DNA of 63,745 nucleotides, filler included, from Octopus bimaculoides (GCF_001194135.2; 5 parts of 5 records of this genome joined end to end with filler, not necessarily neighbours in it), one strand, 5' to 3'; positions 13,864 to 26,328 are shown, counted from the first letter of the whole stretch. Numbers and translations: made by a program. Notes: generated by a model not told the origin, from the sequence alone.

Positions 13864-14726
13864 NNNNNNNNNNNNNNNNNNNNNNNNNNNNNNNNNNNNN
13901 NNNNNNNNNNNNNNNNNNNNNNNNNNNNNNNNNNNNNNNNNNNNNNNNNNNNNNNNNNNNNNNNNNNNNNNNNNNNNNNNNNNNNNNNNNNNNNNNNNNN
14001 NNNNNNNNNNNNNNNNNNNNNNNNNNNNNNNNNNNNNNNNNNNNNNNNNNNNNNNNNNNNNNNNNNNNNNNNNNNNNNNNNNNNNNNNNNNNNNNNNNNN
14101 NNNNNNNNNNNNNNNNNNNNNNNNNNNNNNNNNNNNNNNNNNNNNNNNNNNNNNNNNNNNNNNNNNNNNNNNNNNNNNNNNNNNNNNNNNNNNNNNNNNN
14201 NNNNNNNNNNNNNNNNNNNNNNNNNNNNNNNNNNNNNNNNNNNNNNNNNNNNNNNNNNNNNNNNNNNNNNNNNNNNNNNNNNNNNNNNNNNNNNNNNNNN
14301 NNNNNNNNNNNNNNNNNNNNNNNNNNNNNNNNNNNNNNNNNNNNNNNNNNNNNNNNNNNNNNNNNNNNNNNNNNNNNNNNNNNNNNNNNNNNNNNNNNNN
14401 NNNNNNNNNNNNNNNNNNNNNNNNNNNNNNNNNNNNNNNNNNNNNNNNNNNNNNNNNNNNNNNNNNNNNNNNNNNNNNNNNNNNNNNNNNNNNNNNNNNN
14501 NNNNNNNNNNNNNNNNNNNNNNNNNNNNNNNNNNNNNNNNNNNNNNNNNNNNNNNNNNNNNNNNNNNNNNNNNNNNNNNNNNNNNNNNNNNNNNNNNNNN
14601 NNNNNNNNNNNNNNNNNNNNNNNNNNNNNNNNNNNNNNNNNNNNNNNNNNNNNNNNNNNNNNNNNNNNNNNNNNNNNNNNNNNNNNNNNNNNNNNNNNNN
14701 NNNNNNNNNNNNNNNNNNNNNNNNNN

Positions 14727-14777
<51 letters not shown>

Positions 14778-14833
14778 ATATATGTATGTATTACGTATAA
14801 TATATACATAATACGCATACCTATATACACATA

Positions 14834-14990
14834 GAGGTGTGACTATATGGTAGAAGCTTGCTTCCCAACCACATGGTTTCGGGTTCAGTCCCACTGTGTG
14901 GGACCTTGGGCAAGTGTCTTCTACTATAGCTTCGGGCCGACCAAAACCTTGTGAGTGGATTAGGGAGACGGAAACTGAAAAAAGCCCATC

Positions 14991-14991
<1 letters not shown>
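14834..14991 (+). mobile_element. SINE family B 5' part
   Basis: tggtagaagcttgcttcccaaccacatggtttcgggttcagtcccactg...ggaaactgaaaaaagccc. Confidence 0.8.
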
Positions 14992-15022
<31 letters not shown>

Positions 15023-15893
15023 NNNNNNNNNNNNNNNNNNNNNNNNNNNNNNNNNNNNNNNNNNNNNNNNNNNNNNNNNNNNNNNNNNNNNNNNNNNNNN
15101 NNNNNNNNNNNNNNNNNNNNNNNNNNNNNNNNNNNNNNNNNNNNNNNNNNNNNNNNNNNNNNNNNNNNNNNNNNNNNNNNNNNNNNNNNNNNNNNNNNNN
15201 NNNNNNNNNNNNNNNNNNNNNNNNNNNNNNNNNNNNNNNNNNNNNNNNNNNNNNNNNNNNNNNNNNNNNNNNNNNNNNNNNNNNNNNNNNNNNNNNNNNN
15301 NNNNNNNNNNNNNNNNNNNNNNNNNNNNNNNNNNNNNNNNNNNNNNNNNNNNNNNNNNNNNNNNNNNNNNNNNNNNNNNNNNNNNNNNNNNNNNNNNNNN
15401 NNNNNNNNNNNNNNNNNNNNNNNNNNNNNNNNNNNNNNNNNNNNNNNNNNNNNNNNNNNNNNNNNNNNNNNNNNNNNNNNNNNNNNNNNNNNNNNNNNNN
15501 NNNNNNNNNNNNNNNNNNNNNNNNNNNNNNNNNNNNNNNNNNNNNNNNNNNNNNNNNNNNNNNNNNNNNNNNNNNNNNNNNNNNNNNNNNNNNNNNNNNN
15601 NNNNNNNNNNNNNNNNNNNNNNNNNNNNNNNNNNNNNNNNNNNNNNNNNNNNNNNNNNNNNNNNNNNNNNNNNNNNNNNNNNNNNNNNNNNNNNNNNNNN
15701 NNNNNNNNNNNNNNNNNNNNNNNNNNNNNNNNNNNNNNNNNNNNNNNNNNNNNNNNNNNNNNNNNNNNNNNNNNNNNNNNNNNNNNNNNNNNNNNNNNNN
15801 NNNNNNNNNNNNNNNNNNNNNNNNNNNNNNNNNNNNNNNNNNNNNNNNNNNNNNNNNNNNNNNNNNNNNNNNNNNNNNNNNNNNNNNNNNNNN

Positions 15894-15969
<76 letters not shown>

Positions 15970-16079
15970 GTGTGTGTATGCTCTGTATATTATGTATACT
16001 ATGAATATTATTGGTAATAGATTCACCTGTAGCCTCGAAGTGAGACAAGACTGAACTAGTCAATAGAAACGTTTGTATG

Positions 16080-16128
<49 letters not shown>

Positions 16129-16483
16129 GCGTGCATGTATAAATGCATGCATAATACATACATACATACAAACATACATACAAGCATATATACAAGCAAT
16201 AATACCCTGTTGTTGATTTTGAAATGCCAATGAAGGAGCCTTGAATCTAGGCTAGAAACCAGTTGTTTCTCTATTGGCAAGAAATCTGGAAATAATACTA
16301 AACAATGACATACATACATATGGGTTTCATATAAAAGACAGCTCTGCTGTAGAATACATTCTTATGAACACCAGGAATACTGGTGGAACTTACCCATCGA
16401 AATTTCTAAAGAGTGCACACATAATAGACTTAACACAATTATTTAGGATTAAAAGTCATGTACCATCATAGACGTAAAGCTCA

Positions 16484-16965
16484 AGCATGGCTGTGTGGTA
16501 AGAAGCTTGCTTCCCAACCACATGATTCTCGGTTCAGTCCACAGCGTGGCAGCTTGGACAAGTGTCTTTAACCTTATCCTCGGGTCAACTAAAGCCTCGA
16601 GAGTGGATTTGGTAGAAGGAAACAAACAGAAGCTCGTCGCATAAATCTACTTATACGCACACATACACACACACATACACACACACACACATATATATAT
16701 ATATGTATATATTTATGTGTGTGTGTGTCTTTGTGCCTTTGTGTCTGTGTTTGTCCTCCCCCCCCCCTCCCCACCATCACTTGGAGACTGATGTCGGTGA
16801 GTTTACGTCTCGGTAACTTAGCGGTTCGGCAAACGAGCCAGAAAAGATTAGTACAAGGTTTACAAAGAATAGATCCTGGGATAAGTTTTTTTCGACTAAA
16901 AACCCTTGAAGGCGGTGCTCCAGCATGGCCGCAGTCAAATGACTGAAACAAGTAAAAGAGTTAGA
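16484..16965 (+). mobile_element. SINE family B, near full length
   Basis: Head ggctgtgtggtaagaagcttgcttcccaaccac..ggttcagtccc, internal (CA)n, 3' ggcggtgctccagcatggccgcagtc. Confidence 0.8.
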
Positions 16966-17417
16966 GTTAGTTGTTCTGCAGTTAGGGACAACTCATATAC
17001 ACACATACACACATATACACACATATACACACATACATTACGTAACTAAATAAGTGGCCTTATCAATTTATATATGGATGGAAGGATTGAGGGATGGAAG
17101 TGTAGATGTATAGAGAAGGCTAAAGTCGTACATGTGTGTCCCCTCCCACCGTCGAATAGGGAGGGGGTGGCGGAGGAGAATAGAAGCGATTTCTTTAACA
17201 TGTTTGTTTAGTTGAAAGGATGCTACTTTTCAGCTAAATAAATGTCAAGCTCTCAATGGCACTTGGCGAAACGACAGCCTGTGAAACATTCAAGACGATT
17301 TGAACGAAACAGCATCTGTGTGTTTAGTCGGTCTCGTTTTCATTGGTAACATTTTACATCCTTACCTACCGCTTGCATACCATGTTCCAGCCACACCCGT
17401 CGCAACCCAACACTCTT

Positions 17418-17430
17418 CTCTCAATCTTTA

Positions 17431-17471
<41 letters not shown>

Positions 17472-17556
17472 ATCTATCTATCTATTTATCTATTTATTTC
17501 TCTTTTTCTCTATCTATTTATTTCTCTTTCTCTTTCTTTCTCTTCCTATCTCTCTA

Positions 17557-17587
<31 letters not shown>

Positions 17588-18885
17588 TTATTTATTTCTC
17601 TTTCTCTCTTTCTCTTCCTATCTCTCTCTCCTCTCTCTCTATCTATCTATCTATCTATCTATTTATTTCTCTCTCTTTCTCTCTCTTTCTCTCTCTCTCT
17701 CTCTCCCTGTATCTATCTATTTATCTACCTATTTCTCTCTCTTTATATATCTATCTATTTCTCTTTCTATCTCTCCTCCTGTCTCTCTTTATCTCTCTTT
17801 CTCCCTATTTATCTATCTGTCTATCTATTTCTCTTTCTCTCTCTCTATCTATTTATTTCTCTTTCTCTCTTGCTCTTCCTATCTCTCTCTCCTCTCTCTC
17901 CCTATCTATTTTTTCTCTCTCTCTCTCTTTCTCTCTCTCTCCCTATATCTATCTATTTATCTACCTATTTCTCTTATTATATCTATCTATTTCTCTTTCT
18001 CTCTCTTCTCCTCTCACTCTTTGTCTCTCTTTCTCCCTATTTATCTATCTGTCTATCTATTTGTCTTTCTCTCTCTCTATCTATTTATTTCTCTTTCTCT
18101 TTTGCTCTTTCTATCTCTCTCTCCTCTCTTTCTCTATCTATTTATTTTTCTCTCTCCTTCTCTCTCTCTCTCTCTCCCTGTATCTATCTATTTATCTACC
18201 TATTTCTCTCTCTCTTTATTTATATATCTATTTCTTTTTCTCCCTCTCCTCCTCTCTCTCTTTGTTTCTCTTTCTCCCTCACCCCTTTACTATTTGTCCT
18301 TTTCAACCCTCTTCCTTTTCACTCTCATTCATCTATTTCCTTACACCATACATCACCTTCTTCTTCATTCCTCCCTCTATGTCAGTTTCTCTCACATTCT
18401 TTCCCTTTCCCTCTCTCATCCTCTCCCTTTCTCTCACTCACATTTTCTCTCTTTCCATCTCTCTCATTCCCTCCTTTTTTCCCTCACTTTCATTCTCTTC
18501 ATTTCCCTCACAATCATTCTTTCTCTTTCCCTTCACTTTTTATGTCTCTCTTTTTCACTATCACAATTCATTCAATATATTTCCCCTCAGTTCAGTAGTT
18601 TCCTTCTTTCGCTTCCGCAAGCTGTCCTACTCTTACTTTCTCTCTCTTTTTATCTCCCTCACACAATCCCTATTATTTTCTTTTTTCTTTTCACCTTACA
18701 TCAGCAAATCCCTTTCACAATTCTCCACTTGTTCTGCTGTTTTTCATTTTCTTTGTTTTCCTTATTCAGTGGTGTTTCTCTCGTAAATGTTTCACCTTTC
18801 TATCCTGTCATTCTCATCTCCCTCTCACTGTCTCCTCTTCTTCCCCCCCTCTCTCTCTCTCTCTTTCTCCCTCTTCCTCTATTTC
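17418..18885. repeat. About 1.5 kb (CT)/(ATCT) polypyrimidine low-complexity array with higher-order units
   Basis: Seen directly; ctccctgtatctatctatttatctacctatttctct recurs at about 17703 and 18175, with a variant at about 17941. Confidence 0.9.
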
Positions 18886-19299
18886 TAGGATTTCCGTCGG
18901 TCAAGACTAAGTATGCAATCTTCAAATATATGCATAGGTACAGGCCTGTGCAGAATGTTTTTCAAGAAAAGTGGCAGTTACACATGGATAAAAATCTCCT
19001 TTCTGCACGATACCACTGTTTATCCACGGGACAGGGCACCGATTTCGGTTGATATACCTTGACATTAACGTCATCTCAAGTGTAACAGTTAAAGATTAAA
19101 GAACGAGAGCAGATACTGCAAGACACCTTGCACAACCCCCGTAAAAGGTTCACCAATCCACCGCACTGGACTGCTACTTAAATATCGACCTCGAATGAAT
19201 AAAAGAAATATCTAACTAGTGTCTTAAACTGACATCTTTTTTACCGTATACAACGTTTGCATGCGAATGCACAAACGCATGCGTACACAAGTGTAATGT

Positions 19300-19940
19300 T
19301 CGTTTTCATTGTGAACCTCTCTTGTGCTTCCGGGAATATAATTTATCTTATAACTTGTTCAGGTTGTGGACATAACTATATAGGACAGACAACTATGACA
19401 CTAAAACAGAGAACCACAATACATAAGGAACAGATCCGGTTCCTGCAATACAGACAGATTCCTTTGAGTGAACACATAGAGAGATGTGCAGCTAATATTC
19501 AACCAAACTTCACATTTTTTCCCATCTACCAGTGCAAAAAAATAAAACAATTTCTGTACAAGAACGTTTAAATAAAGAAAATTTGTTCGTCGAAAAATGC
19601 AGAACACCTCTAAATATGAACGTGTAACCAACTTTGGTCTCAGTATATATTTTAATTCATGATCACATACCCATCATTCTACATATTCCATCTCACTACT
19701 TCAGCTTTTGAGTTTTCGTATATGTATTTATCCCCACCTCGAAAGAAGAGCAATTACCTCCCCTGTCCCCAATAATAACGATCACTGATTCCCTCCCCTT
19801 TTCTACTTGATATTTCTACTTGCTGAATCATTCATTCAAAAACTTCTTCACACACAACATGGACTAAAATCTCCTTAAATGAATACGAAATTACAATAAT
19901 TTCAATGTCTTGATTAGCGAAAGCGAAACCGGTCGACAAA
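19300..19940 (+). mobile_element. Penelope-like element 3' fragment (GIY-YIG endonuclease plus terminal repeat)
   Basis: LSCASGNIIYLITCSGCGHNYIGQTTMTLKQRTTIHKEQIR..PLSEHIERC is the PLE GIY-YIG signature (C..IY.I.C..C...YIG.T...R...H), followed by a degenerate hammerhead. Confidence 0.85.
19906..19938 (+). ncRNA. Degenerate hammerhead at the 3' end of a Penelope-like element
   Basis: TGTC-TTGATTA-GC[GAAA]GC-GAAA-CCGG-TC-GACA. Two core substitutions (C3>T, G8>T); about 350 bp downstream of a GIY-YIG fragment. Confidence 0.6.
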
Positions 19941-20397
19941 TACAATACTCTTTCATTTATAAAATATATTGAAAAGGACATTAAAATTATGTAAACTGTG
20001 TGCATTTCCTTCCTTTATATATATATGAATACACAAATACATACATATGTATACATATATATGTATGTATATATGAAATATACAAGAATAAGGGCAGGGA
20101 ATCGTCAATTAATAATAGAATTAATAATTAACAATTTTGCCAAGTAGTTCAGTATGAAAAAACCTTTATCGGTAAAACCATTTATCATCATAAATATACA
20201 GGGATTAGCATTGAGTTGCTTCTCCAACATACTGAAAATTTAGAAATAGCAGTCAAAGAACTACTGATTCTAAACTACAAATTTTTCTCTAAACGGATGG
20301 CGATATTTATGGCACACATAGAACAAAAAACCGGAGGGAAAAGTGTAAACAAAACAAGTCTTTAGTTAATTGGATACGAATCGTTTCATGGTTAAGC

Positions 20398-20497
20398 NNN
20401 NNNNNNNNNNNNNNNNNNNNNNNNNNNNNNNNNNNNNNNNNTTAATTAATTAANNNNNNNNNNNNNNNNNNNNNNNNNNNNNNNNNNNNNNNNNNNN
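20398..20497. other. Assembly join linker N44-TTAATTAATTAA-N44 (also 36676-36775, 39488-39587, 48519-48618)
   Basis: Four identical 100-nt spacers carrying a six-frame stop 12-mer. Confidence 0.95.
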
Positions 20498-20749
20498 TAC
20501 ACACACACACTTTTACTTGTTTCAGCCATGCGGCTGTGGTCATGCTGGAGCACCACCATATATACATATAGTTTGTATCTACACTTTGAAAAGGGGGAAA
20601 TCCTTCACACATTTGCACACAGTTTTTCTGAAGTTAGATCTTCTTATGATTCAAGTATTGTGAATTACAAACTTAATATTGAAGTATCGCAACAGAAATT
20701 CTGGACTAACTCTAGTTTTAAATGTGCTCTTATAAAACTATGTACAAAC

Positions 20750-20866
20750 CTTCAATGCTACACTCTGGTTGTTTTCGTAACCAATCCAATCATTGTCCAC
20801 GACAGTAAAGGGGACTCCTCTGTCTTCCATGAAAACACTTGTTGAGCTTTTTAAAAGCTCACATGT
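20750..20866 (-). CDS. GH18 chitinase-like exon (VPF..WIGY motif)
   Basis: Acceptor ttttttgcttcacag, 117 nt, donor AAG|GTTTGT. TCELLKSSTSVFMEDRGVPFTVVDNDWIGYENNQSVALK. It is too short to appear in the ORF track and was read by hand. Confidence 0.9.
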
Positions 20867-21367
20867 CTGTGAAGCAAAAAACAAATAACAAGATTTTAAA
20901 AAACACATGCTAAATATAAATACAACTGTTTCAGATATATATTACAGTGAGCTGAAAGTTTCTATCAATAAAAGCTATCCATGTAATTAATAAATAAATT
21001 GCCTGGCTCTAGGTGTATTAAAAATGCTAAAAATATCAAACAAGAGAAAGATAGCACCAAAGATGAATTGATCAAACTTCGACTGCTCAATGTCAAACTT
21101 ACACTACTAGATGAAAAATTCCGGATATTCATATATTTTTGGCAATCCAATCGGTGAAACATGCCGAGAAGTAAACACTGGTAAAATCAAAATATGTTGG
21201 CATTCATACACACACATATAGCATAGGCTTTAACTTTAGAATTATTTCTCAGTGAAACTGAATGTAATTTCTTATAGAGAATTTGTAAATTTATCTACAA
21301 AAAACGTTAGCTTAACCTAACTTGGAGAAAATCCTACTAGAGTAATGAAATTAATGTAGAACTTTAC

Positions 21368-21559
21368 CTCGTAGTAAGCTAGAAAGCCTTTGGTTTTTGT
21401 ATATATTCCTTTAGTTCCTTCACCGAAAGAAGGAAGACCTTCTTTTATGTTCTGAGGGCTATGCGACCCAATGAGAAAACTGCGACCATAAAATGGTATA
21501 CCGATATTAATCTTTTTCTTAGGAACACCAAGACTGTTCCAGTAAGAAGCTGTAAAGTT
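21368..21559 (-). CDS. GH18 chitinase-like exon (GxPFYGR motif, chitin insertion domain)
   Basis: Acceptor atttgcag, 192 nt, donor GAG|GTAAAG. NFTASYWNSLGVPKKKINIGIPFYGRSFLIGSHSPQNIKEGLPSFGEGTKGIYTKTKGFLAYYE. Confidence 0.94.
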
Positions 21560-22114
21560 CTGCAAATATAAATTAGTGCACACGTGAGGCAAGATTCGGA
21601 ATAAAATTCTGGTATTTATGCGGAGAATATGAAAACGACCATTGGAAGGTGGGGAGTTCAGAACTGAAGGGCGCAACAAAGTACCAGAGATGGTATCGGC
21701 CAACAAGGCATCAATGGACTGCGGGCGTCTCGAGTGGGGCGGTGGCGGTTGGGAAAACAGAAATGCGCGAATAAACGAGACTATTACGAAGCTGTGTGGA
21801 CGAACATGAAGCAGAGGCGCAGATTGTATAGTAAAACACAGCAAACTTTCAAATGAGACCGTTTGTATATATAAAAAAATACTCATGTCACCATTTTTCA
21901 CTGCAATAACGAAATATTGTTCACGTTACTTAGTATGGATCCTAGTTATCGTTTCCATTATGGTATGGAAGGATAATGCGGTGATTACTCAGGATGGAAA
22001 TTATACTTTACTTTCATCTCCGACAAAATGTTATTTGGCCAAACCCAAGAAGTGGCTAGATCCAGAGTAATATCTACAGTGATATATCTTCAGTGATTTG
22101 TTGTATGATCAATG

Positions 22115-22150
<36 letters not shown>

Positions 22151-22254
22151 TNNNNNNNNNNNNNNNNNNNNNNNNNNNNNNNNNNNNNNNNNNNNNNNNN
22201 NNNNNNNNNNNNNNNNNNNNNNNNNNNNNNNNNNNNNNNNNNNNNNNNATATAT

Positions 22255-22915
22255 GCATATGTGGGCACAGGACGTCGCGACACGTGTACAACAAAAATAT
22301 ACGAAGTACGAGTACATGGAATATGAACTATTTTTTCGAACAACGAAAGACACAAATGGAAAACAAAACAAACAACACAAAAAACGACCCTTCATCAGTT
22401 TTTGGCTGTTTTTCTACTCTCGTATTTCGAGCATTTAACAAGATACGCTTTCGATAAAACAGTTGCTCCTGCAAAGCAAATTAAATCAAATTTGGGTTTT
22501 TGCGGAGGGTCAAAATTGGTAACACAAACAGGAGAGTGAAAACAAACAAGAAGGGCTGCTAAACCTAAACTAGGTTGTGGTGGCGTAAATCAAGCTTGGA
22601 CAGGAGACAGACAAGAACACGGCTTCTTTGATCCAGCTACAACGGAGAGAAAGAAACACAAGTTAGGAGAAGAAAGATGGCCGATGGTCACGTGGGAGCC
22701 ACGTGAGCAAGGGAGGAAGAGTGAGGGAGAGAGAGTGACAAACAGAGAAATGTGAAGGGGAGAGGAAAAATGGAGATAGGATAAATGAGAAAAAACAGGA
22801 GGGGGAGAAGGGGAGAAAGGGAGAAAGGAAGAGAGAAAAAAGCGAAAAAGTAAAAAAAATAGTAGAGTGCGCATCAGAATTATTAAGGTAAAACTTACTT
22901 GGAAGAGGATGCGTG
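22255..22915. mobile_element. Probable PLE-derived non-autonomous repeat
   Basis: The minus strand has CTCGAAA...CTGATGAAGGG (22390-22432) and the layout resembles 36090-36600 and 40160-40390. No full fold could be drawn. Confidence 0.35.
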
Positions 22916-22942
22916 ACGTTCAATCATATAATAATATAAATA

Positions 22943-22983
<41 letters not shown>

Positions 22984-23039
22984 AAACTGCGTGACCTTGG
23001 TATCGTTGGAAAAATAGAGGAGTAGATGCATGACTTTTA

Positions 23040-23960
23040 AAAATTTTGCAGCCAATTGTGCTCTCTATGAGGAGCTAATCAATTCTAAGTGGAGCCCATC
23101 ATGGAATTGTACAGGGACCACTACTCTCAGACATGCCCTCAGTCATACAGTCAGCCACTCTTACTAGCTCTCTTGATGATACAAAAGTAAAGGATCTTGT
23201 TGATAACTCAAGGCTACAGAAAGATCTAAATGAAATATACTAGTGGACTGAATAAAACATGTAGTTCAATACTGAAAAACTTCGACCCACAAACAGATTG
23301 CAATTAGAATGCACAAGACTAAGGGTATTGCAATCCTGGAATCAGAATCGGTGCGTGACCTGAGAATCTATATGAGTGGTGATGCATCATTCCGTGTAAG
23401 ATGGCAACAATGTGCAAGCGACTGGCGAGTTAGATTCTGAGCCCATTCAGAACGTGAAAAAAGGAAACCATATTTATGGAGAACATTCGTTCTCAACCAC
23501 ATGGATTACTGCTCCCTATTATGGTCGCCAAAAAACGTTAAACTAACAGCAGAAATCAAGGCAATCCAAAGCCATTACACCAAAAATAAATGCTTCGATG
23601 CAACAGATGGGTTACTGAGGGAGGCTAAAAGAACTGATGGTCGACCCCTTAGAGAGAAAATACGAAGGTTTTCCACCCGCTTTGGGATTGAAAATTGCAC
23701 CAATCACAGGACTGGACGCCACTGCATACTACCAAAGATACTACCCTCTTTTTCCAGAGTAAGAATCCTATACTGTAACAGTTAAAAGTTCAAAGGCCCA
23801 CAATTTTTCAATACCTTTCCAAAGGGCCTTTGAGATCTACGAGGAGTAGATGTGGATATGTTCGAAGAATATTTAGACAAAATTTATGAGACTAAATGAA
23901 CCCACACCGCAACAAGAAATGAAAAGGTCAACTTTGTCCAACTCACTACCTTATCAAAAC
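23040..23960 (+). mobile_element. CR1/L2-type LINE RT C-terminal remnant (in a chitinase intron)
   Basis: Decayed (F)LDDTK..LQKDLNEIY*WTE, V(R)DL(G)IY and DYCSLLWSP motifs. Confidence 0.7.
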
Positions 23961-24012
23961 CGATTCCGAAGACAAGACCAAGAATGACTAACGATTTTAA
24001 AAAGTCAATCAT

Positions 24013-24317
24013 GTGTGGTTGTGTGATAAGTCTACTCCACAATCATATGGTTCCGGTGCAGCACCTTGGGCAAATGTCTTCTACCAAAGCTTTGTAGTGG
24101 ATTTGGTAATCAGAGACTGAAATAAGTCTGGTCTATCATGTGTGTATGTGTGTGTGTGTGTGTGTTCACCCACCAGTGCTTAACAACCGATGTTGGTTTG
24201 TTTGTGTCCCCGCAGGTTAGCGGTTCGGCGAACGAGTCCAAGAGAATAAGTATCAGGCTTTAAAAAAATAAGTGCTGGGGTCGATTTGTTCGACTAAAAA
24301 GCCTTTCAAGGCGGTGC
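24013..24317 (+). mobile_element. SINE family B copy (others at 24783-24856, 39818-39952, 43525-43655, 46786-46968, 47047-47200)
   Basis: caccttgggcaaatgtcttctac and ttagcggttcggcgaacgag segments shared with 16484-16965. Confidence 0.75.
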
Positions 24318-24469
24318 ATTAAAGTATTTTTTAGTCCGACAAATCTATAATTTGTTTCAGCCTAATAACTGGGAAAAGTAAATGATAAATAAAAGATAAC
24401 GTTCCTTCCTTTTTGTCATTTTGAATATAAAATATATTAGAACTTGATGCGTTGACAAGCCATACTTAC

Positions 24470-24596
24470 GACACTTCTTTCGTAGTCCACCCCAGTTGTG
24501 AAGGTACCAGAGTAAAGAGCACTGGGGTGCATCGCATACTCAGCATCTTTAGGTGAATAAAAGTCGTACGACATAATTGATATTACATCAACAGAT
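24470..24596 (-). CDS. GH18 chitinase-like exon (MSYD motif)
   Basis: Long polypyrimidine tract plus ccag acceptor, 127 nt, donor GTC|GTAAGT. SVDVISIMSYDFYSPKDAEYAMHPSALYSGTFTTGVDYERSV. Confidence 0.92.
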
Positions 24597-24879
24597 CTGG
24601 AAATGAAAAGGAAAAGAAAAGCTATTGTTTTTAGTCAAATTCTATTTGAATTCTAACTTTAAATTTCGTTAATTTTTATTCTTTAATTGAATCTATTTGA
24701 TGGTTATTGAAATTCTGTTTGAATTTTAGTCCCAGTTTATCACTTCCACTTCCTCTTCTCATCTTATCACTTCCCCTTCCCCAAAATGTCACGCAGTGGG
24801 AGTGAGCCCGGAACCATATGGTTGGAAAGCAAACTTCTTACCACACAGCCATGCTTGTGTGTGTGTGTGTGTATGGAGA

Positions 24880-25050
24880 GAGTGAGAGAGACAGAGAGAG
24901 AGAAGGGAGACAGACAGAGAGAGAGGGGAGACAGAAAGAGAGAGAGAGGAGACAGAAAGAGAGAGAGAGGAGACAGAAAGAAAGAGAGAGAGGAGGCAGA
25001 AAGACAGAGGAAGAGAGAGTGGAGGCAGAAAGACAGAGGAAGGGAGAGAG
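24880..25050. repeat. (GA)-rich minisatellite, unit about GAGAGAGAGGAGACAGAAA
   Basis: Seen directly. Confidence 0.85.
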
Positions 25051-26128
25051 GTAGTAATGTAGATAAACACAGTTAGGTTTGATGTATGTTTACATAGAAC
25101 ACAAAAAATACAGGATTAAAAATAACGAAATTATGTAATGCCTTTACCCGACAACTGCTTCAGGAAGCCCAGAGTTATGTAATGATCATAATTTGCAGAT
25201 GATAAATGTAAAAAGTTATAGGTATGCAATAAGTGACCAGTCACATGAATATATCACAGTTAGTCCAGTTTCCCTCATCAAAAAAGAAGATTTTCAATTG
25301 TAGTTCATACAGTAGTGCCAGAAAATATAACATGTTGAAAGCAGAAAGGAGGTGGAATGAAACTTTAAGAACCAGGATAAGTGGAAGAAGAACACCCGTG
25401 AGATGAAAAAGGAAGGGAGAGAAGTAAAAAGAGAGAGAGAGAGAGAGAGAAGAAACGATAAAATTAAAACTAGCCTGTCGAAAGCATACGTCACGAGCAA
25501 ACAATAAAGCAGTTGGGCATGTCAATTGTCCAGACAAAAAGGCGGAGAGAGATAAGCGTTGAGGTAAAGTAGTTGAGGTGTGGTGATAGAGGTGAAAAAT
25601 ATGATGAGAGAAAGAAAATATGCTATGAGGAGAAAGTAATATGATGCTTTGCAACTTAAATAACGAGTAAAGATATTTAGTCACAACTAAGAGAAATTTT
25701 AACGATTTTACATAATAAGCAAATGTGCAATAATATTTATGTTTACAAGAGAAGATTACGTCAAAGAACCTATTGAGTAATTAGGTATTTTAATGGTGTG
25801 GAATTGTGAGCGATTTCCTGCAACATAATTCATGAACACCGTGGTTAGTGTTGTAGGGAGTACCCTCACAATCAGGATAATGTATAGGGAATGCTCTGGG
25901 ACTTGAAGTGCCCTGAATGAAGAATTTGGAGTTTGAATTCAAATTCATTTGAACGCCACTATATGTTTTCTATATTGAGCTTTTCTAGCCCTCACCTACT
26001 TACTTTGTGTGTGTGTTGGGGGGGGGTGATGATTAACTCTGGATTTATGTATATAACCTGAACATATTTTACGTCCTTCCATTCCCTGGTGAGGTATAAA
26101 CAGGCAATTTATATAGAGTTTCACATAC

Positions 26129-26244
26129 TTATTTATAGCATCAATATCGTAGGCTTCATCTATCAATGTTTTTTCAGACCCTACAATAATTCCGAGAAGG
26201 AGTTCCTTTTCTTTTGATTCATTCTTAAACGCATCTTTCATTTC
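26129..26244 (-). CDS. GH18 chitinase-like exon
   Basis: Acceptor aatttcag, 116 nt, donor AA|GTATGT (phase 2). EMKDAFKNESKEKELLLGIIVGSEKTLIDEAYDIDAINK matches the ELxxAF...LLL..AV..IDxxYDI region. Confidence 0.9.
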
Positions 26245-26286
26245 CTGAAATTAGAAACGTTTTTAATTAATGAGACAATTAATGTG

Positions 26287-26328
<42 letters not shown>

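Noticed and set aside
13731-16195. 300-400 aa ORFs spanning N gaps (also 3437-4216, 31464-32747, 44375-45272, 47469-48081)
   Set aside because: They are open only because N and dinucleotide repeats contain no stop codons.
16393-16404. 12-nt minus-strand micro-exon candidate (ctttag|aaatttcgatgg|gtaagt)
   Set aside because: Splice-like flanks alone are common; the peptide fits no expected GH18 segment.
17300-19052. 432-569 aa Leu/Ser/Ile/Tyr-rich ORFs
   Set aside because: Products of a G-poor (CT/ATCT) tract that cannot encode stops; not a membrane protein.
20442-20453. TTAATTAATTAA islands inside N runs (four times)
   Set aside because: The identical N44-12mer-N44 layout is a scaffolding linker with stops in six frames, not biology.
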